Below are positions 21,724 to 32,817 of a stretch of 64,000 nucleotides of DNA, piece by piece. Position 1 is the stretch's first letter, and every line of letters starts with the position of its first letter. The notes beneath the pieces were generated by a model, which had not been told where the DNA came from, did not search any database, and saw only the letters and a program-made list of their open reading frames with translations. This stretch comes from Histomonas meleagridis 2922-C6/04-290x (lineage: Eukaryota > Protista > Parabasalia). The stretch spans positions 1 through 64,000 of the forward strand of contig JAANOX010000151.1 of the NCBI GenBank assembly GCA_020184695.1. Direction: 5' to 3'. The position numbers and the translations under genes were made by a program.

Positions 21724-23229
21724 ATGCAGAAAGCTCAAATATTCAATAAATGTACCGAATTTTCATGGCCAAATGTTCAAATAATTGATAGTATAAAAGG
21801 TACTCTATATTTTAGATATACACCTTTCGCTGCATCTTTAATCATAATTGAAGATGACTCAAATTTGTCAACACTTGAAAATCCAGAAAACTACATATCT
21901 GATATCTTTAAAGAGCCACACCGTGTTGTTGGAAAAGACCATATCCTTGATTTATTCTATTACTCAGAATATTCGATAATTGATTCAAAGGACTCAACAA
22001 AAATCTGTTTTATAGATACTGTCCAAGAATTTGGAATAAACATGCTTGTAAAAAACAAAGAAGTTGCGCAAAACATCAATGATACTCTTGGGAAATTTTT
22101 AACAATTGAATCACCAGGCCTTCCTGGATGTTACAGTATCACACGATACCACCCTCCATTTGGGTCAATTCCAAAGAAGAATCAACGTCTTAGTTTCACA
22201 GCAATTTCTAATTTTTCACCAGAAGTATTCAATGCGATTACTTTATTCCAACAAAGTATTGCGCCAGCAAGTATAACTATCACTCCAATACCTGGTGGAG
22301 ACCCTGTTTTATCCAATAGAGAGTCTCTAATCGAAAGTGTATTCAATGATCATTCAATTCCACTTGAACACGTTCTCGACTCATGGCTTCGTCTTCTTTA
22401 TCTTCCACCATCAGCTAACTTTGGTGGCCATTATCTCTCCAGTTATCTTCGAATTAAATCTCAATGGAATAATTTAAGTGATTCTCAACTTAGTCGTAGT
22501 AATGTACAGAGAACTACCATTGAATCCATCACTGATCTCCTCTTTCTTAAAGCCCTTCCACGTGAAATATGTAGTGGATCTGGAGATTTTATCCGCAATT
22601 TTGCGTTTTGTGTTTTAATGTCTTTTTCCCAAATTGACTTCAAATACAAAGCTCAAGTGTCCTATTTCTTTGATATTCTTGTTGTTATTCTTTATGTTAT
22701 GTCACCACATAAATTATCAAATAATGAAATATCTCTTAAAAACGGAAATAAGGTTTCCCAAGAAACAGCAGAAGCTATTGCCTTTTGGCTTCTCTTGAAT
22801 ATCTCCATTTCTTCTGAACATTTTCGCATCTTAAGTAACGGCACGGGTAAACCAGTCAATTGTTATTCGCTTATTAACAGCTGCTTGATGAAGACGAGCC
22901 AAGTTTTCTTGCAAGTATTAATGGCTTTTAACGATGTTAATGAGGCTTCTGATAGTATTTGTTCACTTTTTACTGATGTAATGATATGTGAAGAATCTGT
23001 ATCATTATGGACAGCAGCAATTTGTAGTGGAAGTATGCATGAGTTTATGATATGTTTCTTTGTGGTGTGTATTTTGTTTAGGTTTAAGAGTTTGGCCGAA
23101 GTTAGTGACTTCAATGTGGATTGGAAAGAAATGGTGAAAAAATCCGTTGCAACAAAGAAAATGCCATTTCTAATAAAGGCAGCAACGAACTTAATGAGGC
23201 TTACAAGCAGAATCAACTGTCAGGAATAA
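21724..23229 (+). CDS. Divergent TBC (Rab-GAP)-like protein
   Basis: SWLRLLYLP...YLRIKSQWNNLSDSQ resembles the start of TBC1D15/16-type domains; the catalytic fingers are not recognisable. Confidence 0.5.
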   Translation: MQKAQIFNKCTEFSWPNVQIIDSIKGTLYFRYTPFAASLIIIEDDSNLSTLENPENYISDIFKEPHRVVGKDHILDLFYYSEYSIIDSKDSTKICFIDTVQEFGINMLVKNKEVAQNINDTLGKFLTIESPGLPGCYSITRYHPPFGSIPKKNQRLSFTAISNFSPEVFNAITLFQQSIAPASITITPIPGGDPVLSNRESLIESVFNDHSIPLEHVLDSWLRLLYLPPSANFGGHYLSSYLRIKSQWNNLSDSQLSRSNVQRTTIESITDLLFLKALPREICSGSGDFIRNFAFCVLMSFSQIDFKYKAQVSYFFDILVVILYVMSPHKLSNNEISLKNGNKVSQETAEAIAFWLLLNISISSEHFRILSNGTGKPVNCYSLINSCLMKTSQVFLQVLMAFNDVNEASDSICSLFTDVMICEESVSLWTAAICSGSMHEFMICFFVVCILFRFKSLAEVSDFNVDWKEMVKKSVATKKMPFLIKAATNLMRLTSRINCQE

Positions 23230-23988
23230 ATAAATATTTGTCGTTTGAAATTAAATAAAATCTTTTTGACACTGTAACAATATAAAACTTAAATACATGC
23301 AAAAATACACAATGATTCTTTACATTTTTAAAAAAAATATAATTGATTGATTTTGAAATCCTTTTATTGTTATATAAAAAAAATATATAAATAAAATAAA
23401 TCATTCTAAAGTTAATAATTTCTATTTAATGTTATGTTTTACTATGCTTATTTGTTGCAAATTTTTTGTTTGGTCAGAAGAAAATTTTGTGATATGATAC
23501 GATAGGCCATTGAATTTTCATCTCAGAATTATCGGAAACTTTTTTTTCTTGCAAGAAATTCTCATTATATCTCATTAAACATCCAGTTTTTTTCTTTAAC
23601 TAATCAGAAAAAGCACAAAAAATTTATTTTTTTTATTTAATGAAATGATTATTATCAATTTATAACATATTTATTTGCTTAAAACATAAAACATTTCTTC
23701 TTTATCCACTTTATACATAAAATTCTATTACCAAATGAACCATTAACATATTCATTATGCATAAATTGAATTTCCCTTCACAAATATTTAATATGTTATA
23801 CATTTTTATTCATATAAACACCGAAAATTGATAAAAAAGAGAGATAAAAACCATAAACATTATTTCTGGGTGGTTCATAACCGCTCCCATTGAAAATTGT
23901 GTCAATTTTGAGGTGTTTACTTGTCCAAACGATAAGTGATTTTTTACTCCAATAATAGTTCACTTTTTGAATTAATTATTCGCTTTGG

Positions 23989-26900
23989 ATGTCTGTATGT
24001 GCCATTAGGAATACTGATGCCAACCAATTTTTCGATTCTAAAGCTCTAGAGAACAAAAAATTGTCCGATCTGACATCATTACTTAAAATAAAGACGAATG
24101 AGAAAGTCGCAGTAAATTCCCCACATTTCAGAGTTCTACTTAATGACTCATCAATGCCACTCAAAGAATATCCTCAACTTGTTATGCAAAAAACTAACAA
24201 ATACCCACCGCCTCCGTGGCACTTATATATATCCGAAAATGACATTCCAGATATTACTATCTATTTTTCAATACAAACACAAGTTAAAACGACGTTCCCT
24301 AAGATGGGGGTTTCATTCGACCATAAGGAATTAGATAACATTCATGTGTCAGATATCTTATCTCGTTGCATATCTACTTTTGGATATGAATGTTCGAACC
24401 AATACATAACTGTTGATGACAAAAAAGTAGATATCAAAGCCCCAGGACAAGATCTTATCAAAAGTGCTATGGATACAGATGTGACATTCAATTGCACTGT
24501 CGGGGAATCAGCCATCAAAAAGATCAATCATAGGAACTACGCGAGTACTGAGATCATATCATCGGAAGAAGCTTATATTAGTGATCTTACAGAACTTATC
24601 GATTATTGGACACCAGCAATTCGTGAATCCAAACTCTTTGATGAGCAACAACTTAAGACATTATTCCGTGATATCCCAACCATTCGAAATACACATACAG
24701 TATTTCTTAATAGTCTTAAAACAGAAGTTACATTTGCAACAGAGTTTGGCTGGAAGTTCTTAAACTTTGTACAATTCTTTAAACTTTCAGCTACGTTTGT
24801 ATCACAATTCAAATCAGTCGATGAAATGTTACATGAAAAATCTAAAAACCGTAGCTTTGACACCAAATTCAAAGAAATTGAGGCAAACCTCCCCGCCGGT
24901 AATGGTCGCGACTTTTTGAATTACTACGTTACTCCTGTCCAACGTTATCCACGTTATACAATTTTGATGCGTGAAGTCGATAAGGCGACGCCGTTATTTC
25001 ATCCCGATAAGCCATATTTAGCCGCCGCAATGGTTGCTGTTGAAAAAGTTAACAATGAAATCAATTTCAGTGCTAAGCGAATGAAACAACTTGAGCTTAT
25101 GGACAACTTACAAAGTTCATTTGGTGGGTCTATTACAATTAATCAACCAGGTCGAGAAGTATTATCTATTGAGAAAGTCCGAATTATTAAGCCCAAGTCA
25201 TCATCCGGTAAAATCATATTATTTAATGACATAATAATTGTCGCATCGATTAATTCACGGAAACAATTACAATTATTAATTAATATTAAAAATGATAAAT
25301 TCCGATTCTCTAATAATCGGCCAACTCCAGAATCATTTATGATCATCTATGAAGATAAAGAATATGTAATTCAATTCGAAGATTATGATGAGAAATTACA
25401 ATGGATGGAAGAATATCAAAAGACACGAAATGTCTATTTCTCTAATATCAAAACGAATCATCCATATGTCTTATGGCAAGATATCGAAGTCAGTGAATCT
25501 ATACCAGCGCTAATGAATCATGACGGATGTGCAATGAATGGTTCAGTCTTCTTCTTTGGTGGATTAAATGTATCAATGTCACGAATTAATACATTCATTC
25601 GATATAACTTTAATGCAAATACTTGGTCAATAGCTACAACACCATTACAGCCACGTGATTCACATACTGTTACATCGTTAAATGGTAAGGCTTATATATG
25701 TTTTGGTCATTCTAAGAAAGAGTTCTTTAATGATTGTTGCGTATTCGATGAGTCACAAGGAGGTTGGCAAACATTACAATTAAATGGACAAACACCTATA
25801 GGTAGAATAGGACATTCATGTGTAGCATATCAAAACAAGTTAATATTTTTCGGCGGAAAAGATAAAAATGAAGAATTACTGAATGATATATCATCATTAG
25901 ATATTAAGACATTAGAATATAAACAAGTGAAATGTAATGGTGATACACCTTCGCCTCGAATGTATCATTCAGCTGTTGTTATTAATAATAATATGATTAT
26001 TATTGGTGGTCGATCGGAGAAATCTTTATGTAATGATATATATTCATTAGATTTAGAGAAAATGTCATGGAAAAAGATTCCATTAGAAATAGGTGAAAGA
26101 ATGTATCATAAGACTATAGCGCATGGTGAATTCTTAATAATCATTGGTGGAATGAGTAACAAAGATGATGATGAATTCGAAGTAATAGATACTAAAAGTT
26201 GGCAATTAATTAAAGTCAAACAATTCGGTAATATACCATTCGGTATTTCACGATTCGCTTGTGTAGATATCGATCCTAAACATACAATAATATTCGGTGG
26301 TACTGATTCCGCTACTCGTACACCTATAGCCTCTACGTATATGATTGATCTTTCTCATGTACCTTTAAGTCTAAATGATAATATTACTATTAAGAAACGT
26401 AAGAAAGATTCAATCAAACCGAATTCAATTCCGATTGAACATAATGTCATTGAAGAACATATTAATGAAGAACAAAAGAATAATAACAGTAATAATAACC
26501 CTAATGAATCTAAATCATTCTTCGAGAAAATCTTCACAAGGAAATCTAAGACTATGATTGGTAACGCTCCTTCCCAAAATGAACTTCAACAAGTTCAACA
26601 ACCGATTGAACCTCAACCTAAAGTCGAACGACGTACTTCTCCTTCTAAATCACGTCAAACTCGACAACCTTCATTACCAATACCACAAGGAAGAGGTCAA
26701 TTAAATTCTACTCCTATACCATCAATGAATAGTACATCTCTTCAAAAGCAATCAAGTAGTGTAATAGTACCAGGTGCTGGAGGTGTACAAGAATCCGACA
26801 TCAAGAAAGTCAAGCAAAGGATGGAAGTCAAGCACGCGCGCTCGCAAACGCTCGTGCACCAGAGCGCGAAGTCGATAACATCGCCGCAATCGAAGATTTA

Positions 26901-27354
26901 TGTTGATGCGATATTTGATGCGAAAAAGATGTATTCAATTTTGAATATCGACGCTAGCAAAATGATACCGTTAGAGGAGGTTGCGACCAGAAGAAAATTG
27001 AAACGTTTATGGACGGCTTGTTTAGAAAATCAAGAACTTGAAAAAGAAATAGAATGGTATAATATGATTTTATCAAATAAGGGCATTTTACCCAAGGATA
27101 CAATGTTGATCTTAAAGATTTTCGATGACGCGAATCAAACAACTAAAATTAGAAATATTACGGCTGAAGATTCAGCAGATAAAATTAGAGAAATAGTTTT
27201 GGGCGAAATTAAAAGAGATGCGGTGTTGTACTTAAATACGGGTCAAACTAAAAAGAAAGAATTAAGCCAACAAAGTCTACAGGAGGCACATAGAAGTATT
27301 TTGATGAATACTGCTCCACACGATTTACACGCAATTATTATTGTGGCTCTGTAA
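23989..27354 (+). CDS. RhoGEF (DH)-PH-Kelch repeat protein
   Basis: DH motifs EIISSEEAYISDL and TPVQRYPRY..L...K.TP..HPD, a PH-like segment, six Kelch-type hhhhGG repeats, and a low-complexity P/Q/S tail. Confidence 0.88.
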   Translation: MSVCAIRNTDANQFFDSKALENKKLSDLTSLLKIKTNEKVAVNSPHFRVLLNDSSMPLKEYPQLVMQKTNKYPPPPWHLYISENDIPDITIYFSIQTQVKTTFPKMGVSFDHKELDNIHVSDILSRCISTFGYECSNQYITVDDKKVDIKAPGQDLIKSAMDTDVTFNCTVGESAIKKINHRNYASTEIISSEEAYISDLTELIDYWTPAIRESKLFDEQQLKTLFRDIPTIRNTHTVFLNSLKTEVTFATEFGWKFLNFVQFFKLSATFVSQFKSVDEMLHEKSKNRSFDTKFKEIEANLPAGNGRDFLNYYVTPVQRYPRYTILMREVDKATPLFHPDKPYLAAAMVAVEKVNNEINFSAKRMKQLELMDNLQSSFGGSITINQPGREVLSIEKVRIIKPKSSSGKIILFNDIIIVASINSRKQLQLLINIKNDKFRFSNNRPTPESFMIIYEDKEYVIQFEDYDEKLQWMEEYQKTRNVYFSNIKTNHPYVLWQDIEVSESIPALMNHDGCAMNGSVFFFGGLNVSMSRINTFIRYNFNANTWSIATTPLQPRDSHTVTSLNGKAYICFGHSKKEFFNDCCVFDESQGGWQTLQLNGQTPIGRIGHSCVAYQNKLIFFGGKDKNEELLNDISSLDIKTLEYKQVKCNGDTPSPRMYHSAVVINNNMIIIGGRSEKSLCNDIYSLDLEKMSWKKIPLEIGERMYHKTIAHGEFLIIIGGMSNKDDDEFEVIDTKSWQLIKVKQFGNIPFGISRFACVDIDPKHTIIFGGTDSATRTPIASTYMIDLSHVPLSLNDNITIKKRKKDSIKPNSIPIEHNVIEEHINEEQKNNNSNNNPNESKSFFEKIFTRKSKTMIGNAPSQNELQQVQQPIEPQPKVERRTSPSKSRQTRQPSLPIPQGRGQLNSTPIPSMNSTSLQKQSSSVIVPGAGGVQESDIKKVKQRMEVKHARSQTLVHQSAKSITSPQSKIYVDAIFDAKKMYSILNIDASKMIPLEEVATRRKLKRLWTACLENQELEKEIEWYNMILSNKGILPKDTMLILKIFDDANQTTKIRNITAEDSADKIREIVLGEIKRDAVLYLNTGQTKKKELSQQSLQEAHRSILMNTAPHDLHAIIIVAL

Positions 27355-27569
27355 AAGAACTTACATAATTTTTGGTAAACGTGAATTGATTTATCCTTTT
27401 TATGTTTTTACATAATATTTATAAGGTGAGTTAACTTGTGTTTTTATTTCAGTTGAGAAAAGTGATGTTCGAAATATTTAATCACCTTAAAATCTAAGCT
27501 TTTTCATAGTCAAAAATTAATTTATCTTTCACATGTTTACGATTCATTTTATTACACAAACCTTAAATT

Positions 27570-28264
27570 TTTTGTGCATTGCTTGGTATTAATAATTCAA
27601 TTCCTCCTTCAGTTATTCTCTTCTTTAACTTGTTAACAATACCATCTTATCAGTGCATTATTTTAAATATTTCCCAAAAGAAGAAAAAAATAAAAAAATA
27701 AGATTGAATTGAAAAGTGTTTGTTGCTTCTGGTATCGGTTTTCGGGGTGTCCCTCTACCCAGTTCTTTTGGCTCTAACGTTCCCCAAATTCCTTTTCATT
27801 TAAGTTTAGGGAATTACAAAACAGATAATGTATCTTCGACGATGTCAGCAATAACGCCTTTATCAATGTTAACAATATATATTGTTAATGCTATAAATGC
27901 TGTTTCCGGAACAGGATACAAAAATGTTCGATTAACAATTTATTTTATGTTTGGTATTTTGGTGTTAGTTTGTTGCACTTACGTTAGAAAGCTTAGAGAT
28001 GTGTTTCATTTAGCATGGTTACAACCACAGCAATGCTTTGTTGTGTTTATGTTTTCTATGCCTCTTTTCTTGGTTACTCAATTGTAAAACTTATTGAGTA
28101 AGCATCGTCTCAACTGGTTTGAATTAATCATTCACTCTGACCAAAAGAACACATTTAAATCTTTGGTAAATAGCAATATTTATGATATTGTTATAAACAA
28201 CTTTAAGTGGATTTCTAATATCCAAAATAGTGATAATAATAAACAACTTCATATGGATTACTAA
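27570..28264 (+). pseudogene. Degenerate multi-pass membrane protein (possibly MFS-type)
   Basis: Hydrophobic ORF 27716-28087 has no ATG start; its frame stays open for 58 more codons after the TAA; hydrophobic fragments lie upstream. Confidence 0.35.
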
Positions 28265-28430
28265 TTTTAAAGAATATTCATTTGCAAACAATTTTGATCA
28301 CTTCCGAGCTTTTCATAATACTAACTGCCGAAGATACAAAACATTTGTGGAACTTCAGTCTAACTGTCTAACGAAGTCTAAGGGCTCTTCTAAGGAATAA
28401 TTTATGAAAGCTTTATTCATATCGACATAT

Positions 28431-29441
28431 TCACAAATCTTCTTTGAACTCTGCGTTATTTTCTTCCTCCATGAAGATATCATCCAGAACCGGCTCTGGC
28501 TTTGGGTTTGACAATAGGTGTTCTTCTTCTTCTGCGACTTTATTCTTGTTCTTCATCTCGAAAATTGTATACAATATCACACCGACCATTGAAACGAGAA
28601 GTCCGCCGATCTTCTTCATTTGTCTGTAGCGCGGTTCGTCTTTTACGGGGAACATGATAAGTCCGAACGTGAAGATGAGCATCGTTTTGACATGGCCGAC
28701 AACTTGATACGTAACTGGTCCGGCCTTACCGATGAGAGAAGCACCGACAACGTTGCACCCTGTCGCAATAACACCTGTCAGAAGAATAAGAACGATTTCA
28801 ATGGTTTGGAAGTGGTGATCTTGAATTCGTTCTCGACCTGTGGTTTCAATAAGGAATGCCGCAATAGCACAGATGACAAACTGCTGAATCCCGGAAACAT
28901 AATTAAGTTGGGCGCCATTGATATTATATTCATTTTGGACAACAGAAGATTGAGATTGATTAATGGTGGTGGAAATAACAGCCCCAAGAGCTACAAACAT
29001 GCCGGCTATACTGAACTGAACATCGTTGACTGTGAATAAAGAAACACCAACAAGAAGAATTAATAATGAAAAAAGTGAATTTGCTGGCGTGCTCTTTTTA
29101 AGGAAAAAGTACTTGTACGCAACTGTGCACGGTATGGTGCATAATTTTGAAAGCTGATAAAAGCCAATGGAATTAACACGAAGATTAAAATTCATTGATA
29201 CAATGGAAAGTACTGAAAGAAACCCAAGGTACCAACATTTGCTTTTTGGAATTTGTACATCTGGATCGAACATATGCATTTTTCCCATAACGTAACAACC
29301 AATATATGTCATGGCAAAATGATAGCTTGTCATTGTTGTTGGAAAACCAAAATCATAAGTTTCCATTACTTTTTTGTTTATCATGATTAGTGCTGTTGAT
29401 AATACAATTGAGCCAACAATGAGTAAAGAGAGCAACGCCAT
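28431..29441 (-). CDS. Nucleotide-sugar transporter (SLC35E3/UXT-like, TPT family)
   Basis: NSIGFYQLSKLCTIP and GPVTYQVVGHVKT..I..FG motifs; about 10 TM segments. Confidence 0.9.
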   Translation of the reverse strand: MALLSLLIVGSIVLSTALIMINKKVMETYDFGFPTTMTSYHFAMTYIGCYVMGKMHMFDPDVQIPKSKCWYLGFLSVLSIVSMNFNLRVNSIGFYQLSKLCTIPCTVAYKYFFLKKSTPANSLFSLLILLVGVSLFTVNDVQFSIAGMFVALGAVISTTINQSQSSVVQNEYNINGAQLNYVSGIQQFVICAIAAFLIETTGRERIQDHHFQTIEIVLILLTGVIATGCNVVGASLIGKAGPVTYQVVGHVKTMLIFTFGLIMFPVKDEPRYRQMKKIGGLLVSMVGVILYTIFEMKNKNKVAEEEEHLLSNPKPEPVLDDIFMEEENNAEFKEDL

Positions 29442-30072
29442 TTGTGTGGAAAAATGGCGGTTGTCTATGGTGACGTTGTATACCCATCAAAAACACCGAC
29501 TTTTTGAAAAAAATCAAAAAGGCCACTCCCAAAAAATTGAGTGAGTTTGGTCTGTTTGACCACCAATTGTCGAACAAATATTCAAATTTTTAACAATGAT
29601 GTGAATTTGCAGGGGTTAATTGTAATAATGACAAAGTGAAACCAGAGGAGTGTTTGCGAATTAAAACTCCCACAAAATTTTGAACTGTATGTAAGGCGCT
29701 TAATGAAGCCCATATTTTATAAAATATACTGATTTTTTTCGAAAATAAAACAGAAATACCTTTTTCAAAAATTAATTAATAACTAAGATATGCTATAAAA
29801 AATATAACTACTCATGTATATTATAATTTTATAAAAAAAATTTATAATTATATGAAAAATCGATCCGAGCATGTCCTATTCAGCTCCTTGAAGTACTATT
29901 AAATAGAATATAATTGGTATTTTGTACTTATATGGGTTTAATCCAAACTCTTTTATCCATTTTCGAGAAATTTTTCATTTAAATTGCTAAAGCAATTTAA
30001 AATGCCATTGAACATTACATAACGGTTATTGTAGTAACGTTTTTCGTAGCTGAGAAATAAACGGTCTCTATT

Positions 30073-31038
30073 ATGATATCCGTTTGGAAAGATGCAAAAG
30101 TTCCTGTCGAATATAATGCACCAGAATTTCGTTTCCAAAATTGGGGAAAAGTAGGAATGTTAGCACGCACACTGCAAACATTCAGGCTTGTTATTGTTAT
30201 AGTAATTTCACTTCTTTTTGTTGTTGTTTCATATTATATTGCACCAAAAACGTTACCTGTTCAGGAAACACCAATTGTTTCTCTACCAAAACACTTTTTG
30301 GTAGTTGGACACACAACAGATTCTAGGCAATTATATGATGCAATTTCTTTCCTCTATTCAAATTTCCCTCAATTCACCACGGAACGCATAAAATTACCCT
30401 CACAAGGAGGCTCTATATCATCATTTATCAAAGACAAGAAATATTTAGAAATTTATATCTCACTTCCAAAAGATACAACAGGTGTTTCCCTTAGGCATCT
30501 CCATGTTTTAATTCCTATCCACATATCATTTCCAATATATAACTATTCTAGTTCACATAATCTCCTTCGTTTCCAATTTTTCAATAGTAATAATTTTGAT
30601 AAAGTTGAATTTTTCGGTTCAATGGATCTCCATAAACTTCGTGAGTTTAATGACCAAGATCAATTCCAATGGAATTCTACTCAACAACTTCTCGAGAACT
30701 CATTTCCATTTGACGGAACAAACCCGTTCAATCTCGAACAAATTATTGAAACGTTTGATTCATCACCATTTTCATTAAGTGTTAAACAAATATCTAAGTC
30801 TATTTCTACTGAAGGAAATGGGATTTCGCTCCATTTCACATTGCGAATTCCCGAAGTATTTATCGAAGTTAGTGCTCCGTTTTGGAATATATTCAAAGAG
30901 ACATATGTACAAGTGTTTTACTGGTTCTGGTTGTGCTATTTCGTATGGAAGCTGTTCATTAAAATTGCGTTCAAATATGGAATTGTCGCTGCTTCATATC
31001 GGAGACTGTTGGAACCAAACAAACCTCATTTCGATTAA
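30073..31038 (+). CDS. TMEM231: Ciliary transition-zone protein TMEM231-like
   Basis: N-terminal TM followed by QETPIV; C-terminal LRIPEVFIEVSAPFWNIFKETYVQ..TM..FKYGIV matches the TMEM231 pattern as recalled. Confidence 0.72.
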   Translation: MISVWKDAKVPVEYNAPEFRFQNWGKVGMLARTLQTFRLVIVIVISLLFVVVSYYIAPKTLPVQETPIVSLPKHFLVVGHTTDSRQLYDAISFLYSNFPQFTTERIKLPSQGGSISSFIKDKKYLEIYISLPKDTTGVSLRHLHVLIPIHISFPIYNYSSSHNLLRFQFFNSNNFDKVEFFGSMDLHKLREFNDQDQFQWNSTQQLLENSFPFDGTNPFNLEQIIETFDSSPFSLSVKQISKSISTEGNGISLHFTLRIPEVFIEVSAPFWNIFKETYVQVFYWFWLCYFVWKLFIKIAFKYGIVAASYRRLLEPNKPHFD

Positions 31039-31223
31039 TATGTATTATGTAAATATTTTATGTTTTTTGATGTTTAATATGTATCAAATTAGAACTAAAA
31101 TAAAAAGGCCCTTTACCAAAATATAAGAAATGATGTTTTGAAAATTGTATTTGTAATTCAAATTGCTGTCTTTAAGATTTTTTTAATTGATACGACAAGA
31201 AAATAAAACTATTCTGATAATAT

Positions 31224-31384
31224 TAATTTATTTTGGAAGCAAGGGAAATATTACATTTCCATCTTCTGTCACAACAATTGGTGGTTATGCATTTAGATAT
31301 TGTTCAAAACTTAAATGTATTTATTATTATTATGGTGAAAAAGAACCATCTTCAGGATTTCCGTTTTTGCCAGAAAGTGAATAA
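31224..31384 (+). pseudogene. BspA-like (TpLRR) leucine-rich-repeat remnant
   Basis: ITFPSSVTTIGGYAFRYCSKLKCIYY is a single TpLRR unit with no ATG start. Confidence 0.7.
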
Positions 31385-31793
31385 ACATATAAATGCGTTT
31401 ATGCGATAATCATTGATGAATTTAGATCGATTATTATGTCTGAAATTGTGTTAGTAAATATTTTACCATTAATAAGTTAACCCAAACTTAAGTTTGAACT
31501 GTAAAATAATTCTATCCTCCAATCCTAACTTTTAGCGTATGAAATTAAACTGTTTCCTTGTGGACAATTGGTTAAGTACTTAACAACTTGTTCTGTTCTT
31601 TTTGCTATTTGATATCAAATAATTATTAAAAGTATTTAAATCTTTGTTTTTTGAGATATAAGTTAAAGAAAAAATAATTAAAGCATAATAAAATTAATTT
31701 ATGAAGCAAAATTAACTTTTTATATTCTGATGGTTTATTTCTTTAATTTTTTGAATTGCAATTCAAAAAAAAATACGTTGTAAAAAGAAAAAA

Positions 31794-32774
31794 ATGAGTT
31801 ACCACGAAGTTCAGCAATTTGTACAAATAATGCGTGTTTTAGGATATCCAAACCCAATAGGTGTTGACTCATTTGACACACCCAACTTTTCTTTAATGGC
31901 TAATCTTCTTCAATGGCTTGCATCACTGTATGATCCCGATTTAGTTATCATTTCGGATATTTCCAATGAAAACGGTCGTGTTGAATTTGTCAAAAGTATT
32001 GTTCAACAAATGGCTGTTCGCTCAGGCATTCGTCTGAATCCCAAGAAGTTATATTCATCTGATCGATTTGCAGTTCGTGAACTACTTAAAATATCCGCTC
32101 CCATTTACTCTAGCATAACCTCCAAACATGATTCTTTCCAACAAAACACCAAGCAAGAACAACCACCATCCATTCGAAAGATCTCTCAACTTTCGTCCAC
32201 GATTCCCAAACACTCAGTGGAACTTTATGACCAACTTGAGAAAGAACTTATGATACGTGATAACAGAACTAAAATTCTTTCCACAATGCCACCGCTTGAA
32301 GAGGTCGAGAAAAGTGTCATTTCATCTGTTGAATCTGCGTCAAATCGACTTGAAACACTTACTAAAGAACTTGAACGCCTTAGCAGCGACGAAGATTCCC
32401 TTCGATCCAAAATAAAGAAACGAAAATATGAACTTGATCGACAATCGAAACGACTGGTTTCAGTGATAACAATTCGACCAGCATATATGGACGAGTATGA
32501 AGCACTTGAGCAGGAGTTACAAGAACTCTTCAAACTACATTTCCAACATTATCGAAATGTTGACTACTTCGAACACGAGCTCCAAAAAGCGGCCGAAAAA
32601 CAGAAAATGCGAAAAGAAAAGAACGAAAAAGAAATCGGAAAAATTAAAAAGAAAATGAGACAGAGTTTGGCATCAAGTATTGAACAATCAATTAAGATAG
32701 GAGCACTGCCTCAGACAGACGGAAACGACTTTAAATTCGGAAATGCTGATGATGACACTGACGATAGTTTTTAA
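31794..32774 (+). CDS. IFT38: Clusterin-associated protein 1 / intraflagellar transport protein 38
   Basis: MSYHEVQQFVQIMRVLGYPNPIGVDSFDTPNF, GIRLNPKKLY.SDRFAVRELLKI and IRPAYMDEYE.LE.EL. Confidence 0.95.
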   Translation: MSYHEVQQFVQIMRVLGYPNPIGVDSFDTPNFSLMANLLQWLASLYDPDLVIISDISNENGRVEFVKSIVQQMAVRSGIRLNPKKLYSSDRFAVRELLKISAPIYSSITSKHDSFQQNTKQEQPPSIRKISQLSSTIPKHSVELYDQLEKELMIRDNRTKILSTMPPLEEVEKSVISSVESASNRLETLTKELERLSSDEDSLRSKIKKRKYELDRQSKRLVSVITIRPAYMDEYEALEQELQELFKLHFQHYRNVDYFEHELQKAAEKQKMRKEKNEKEIGKIKKKMRQSLASSIEQSIKIGALPQTDGNDFKFGNADDDTDDSF

Positions 32775-32817
32775 TAAATATAATATGGAATTAATGCTTT
32801 ACTAATTATTGAAATCT

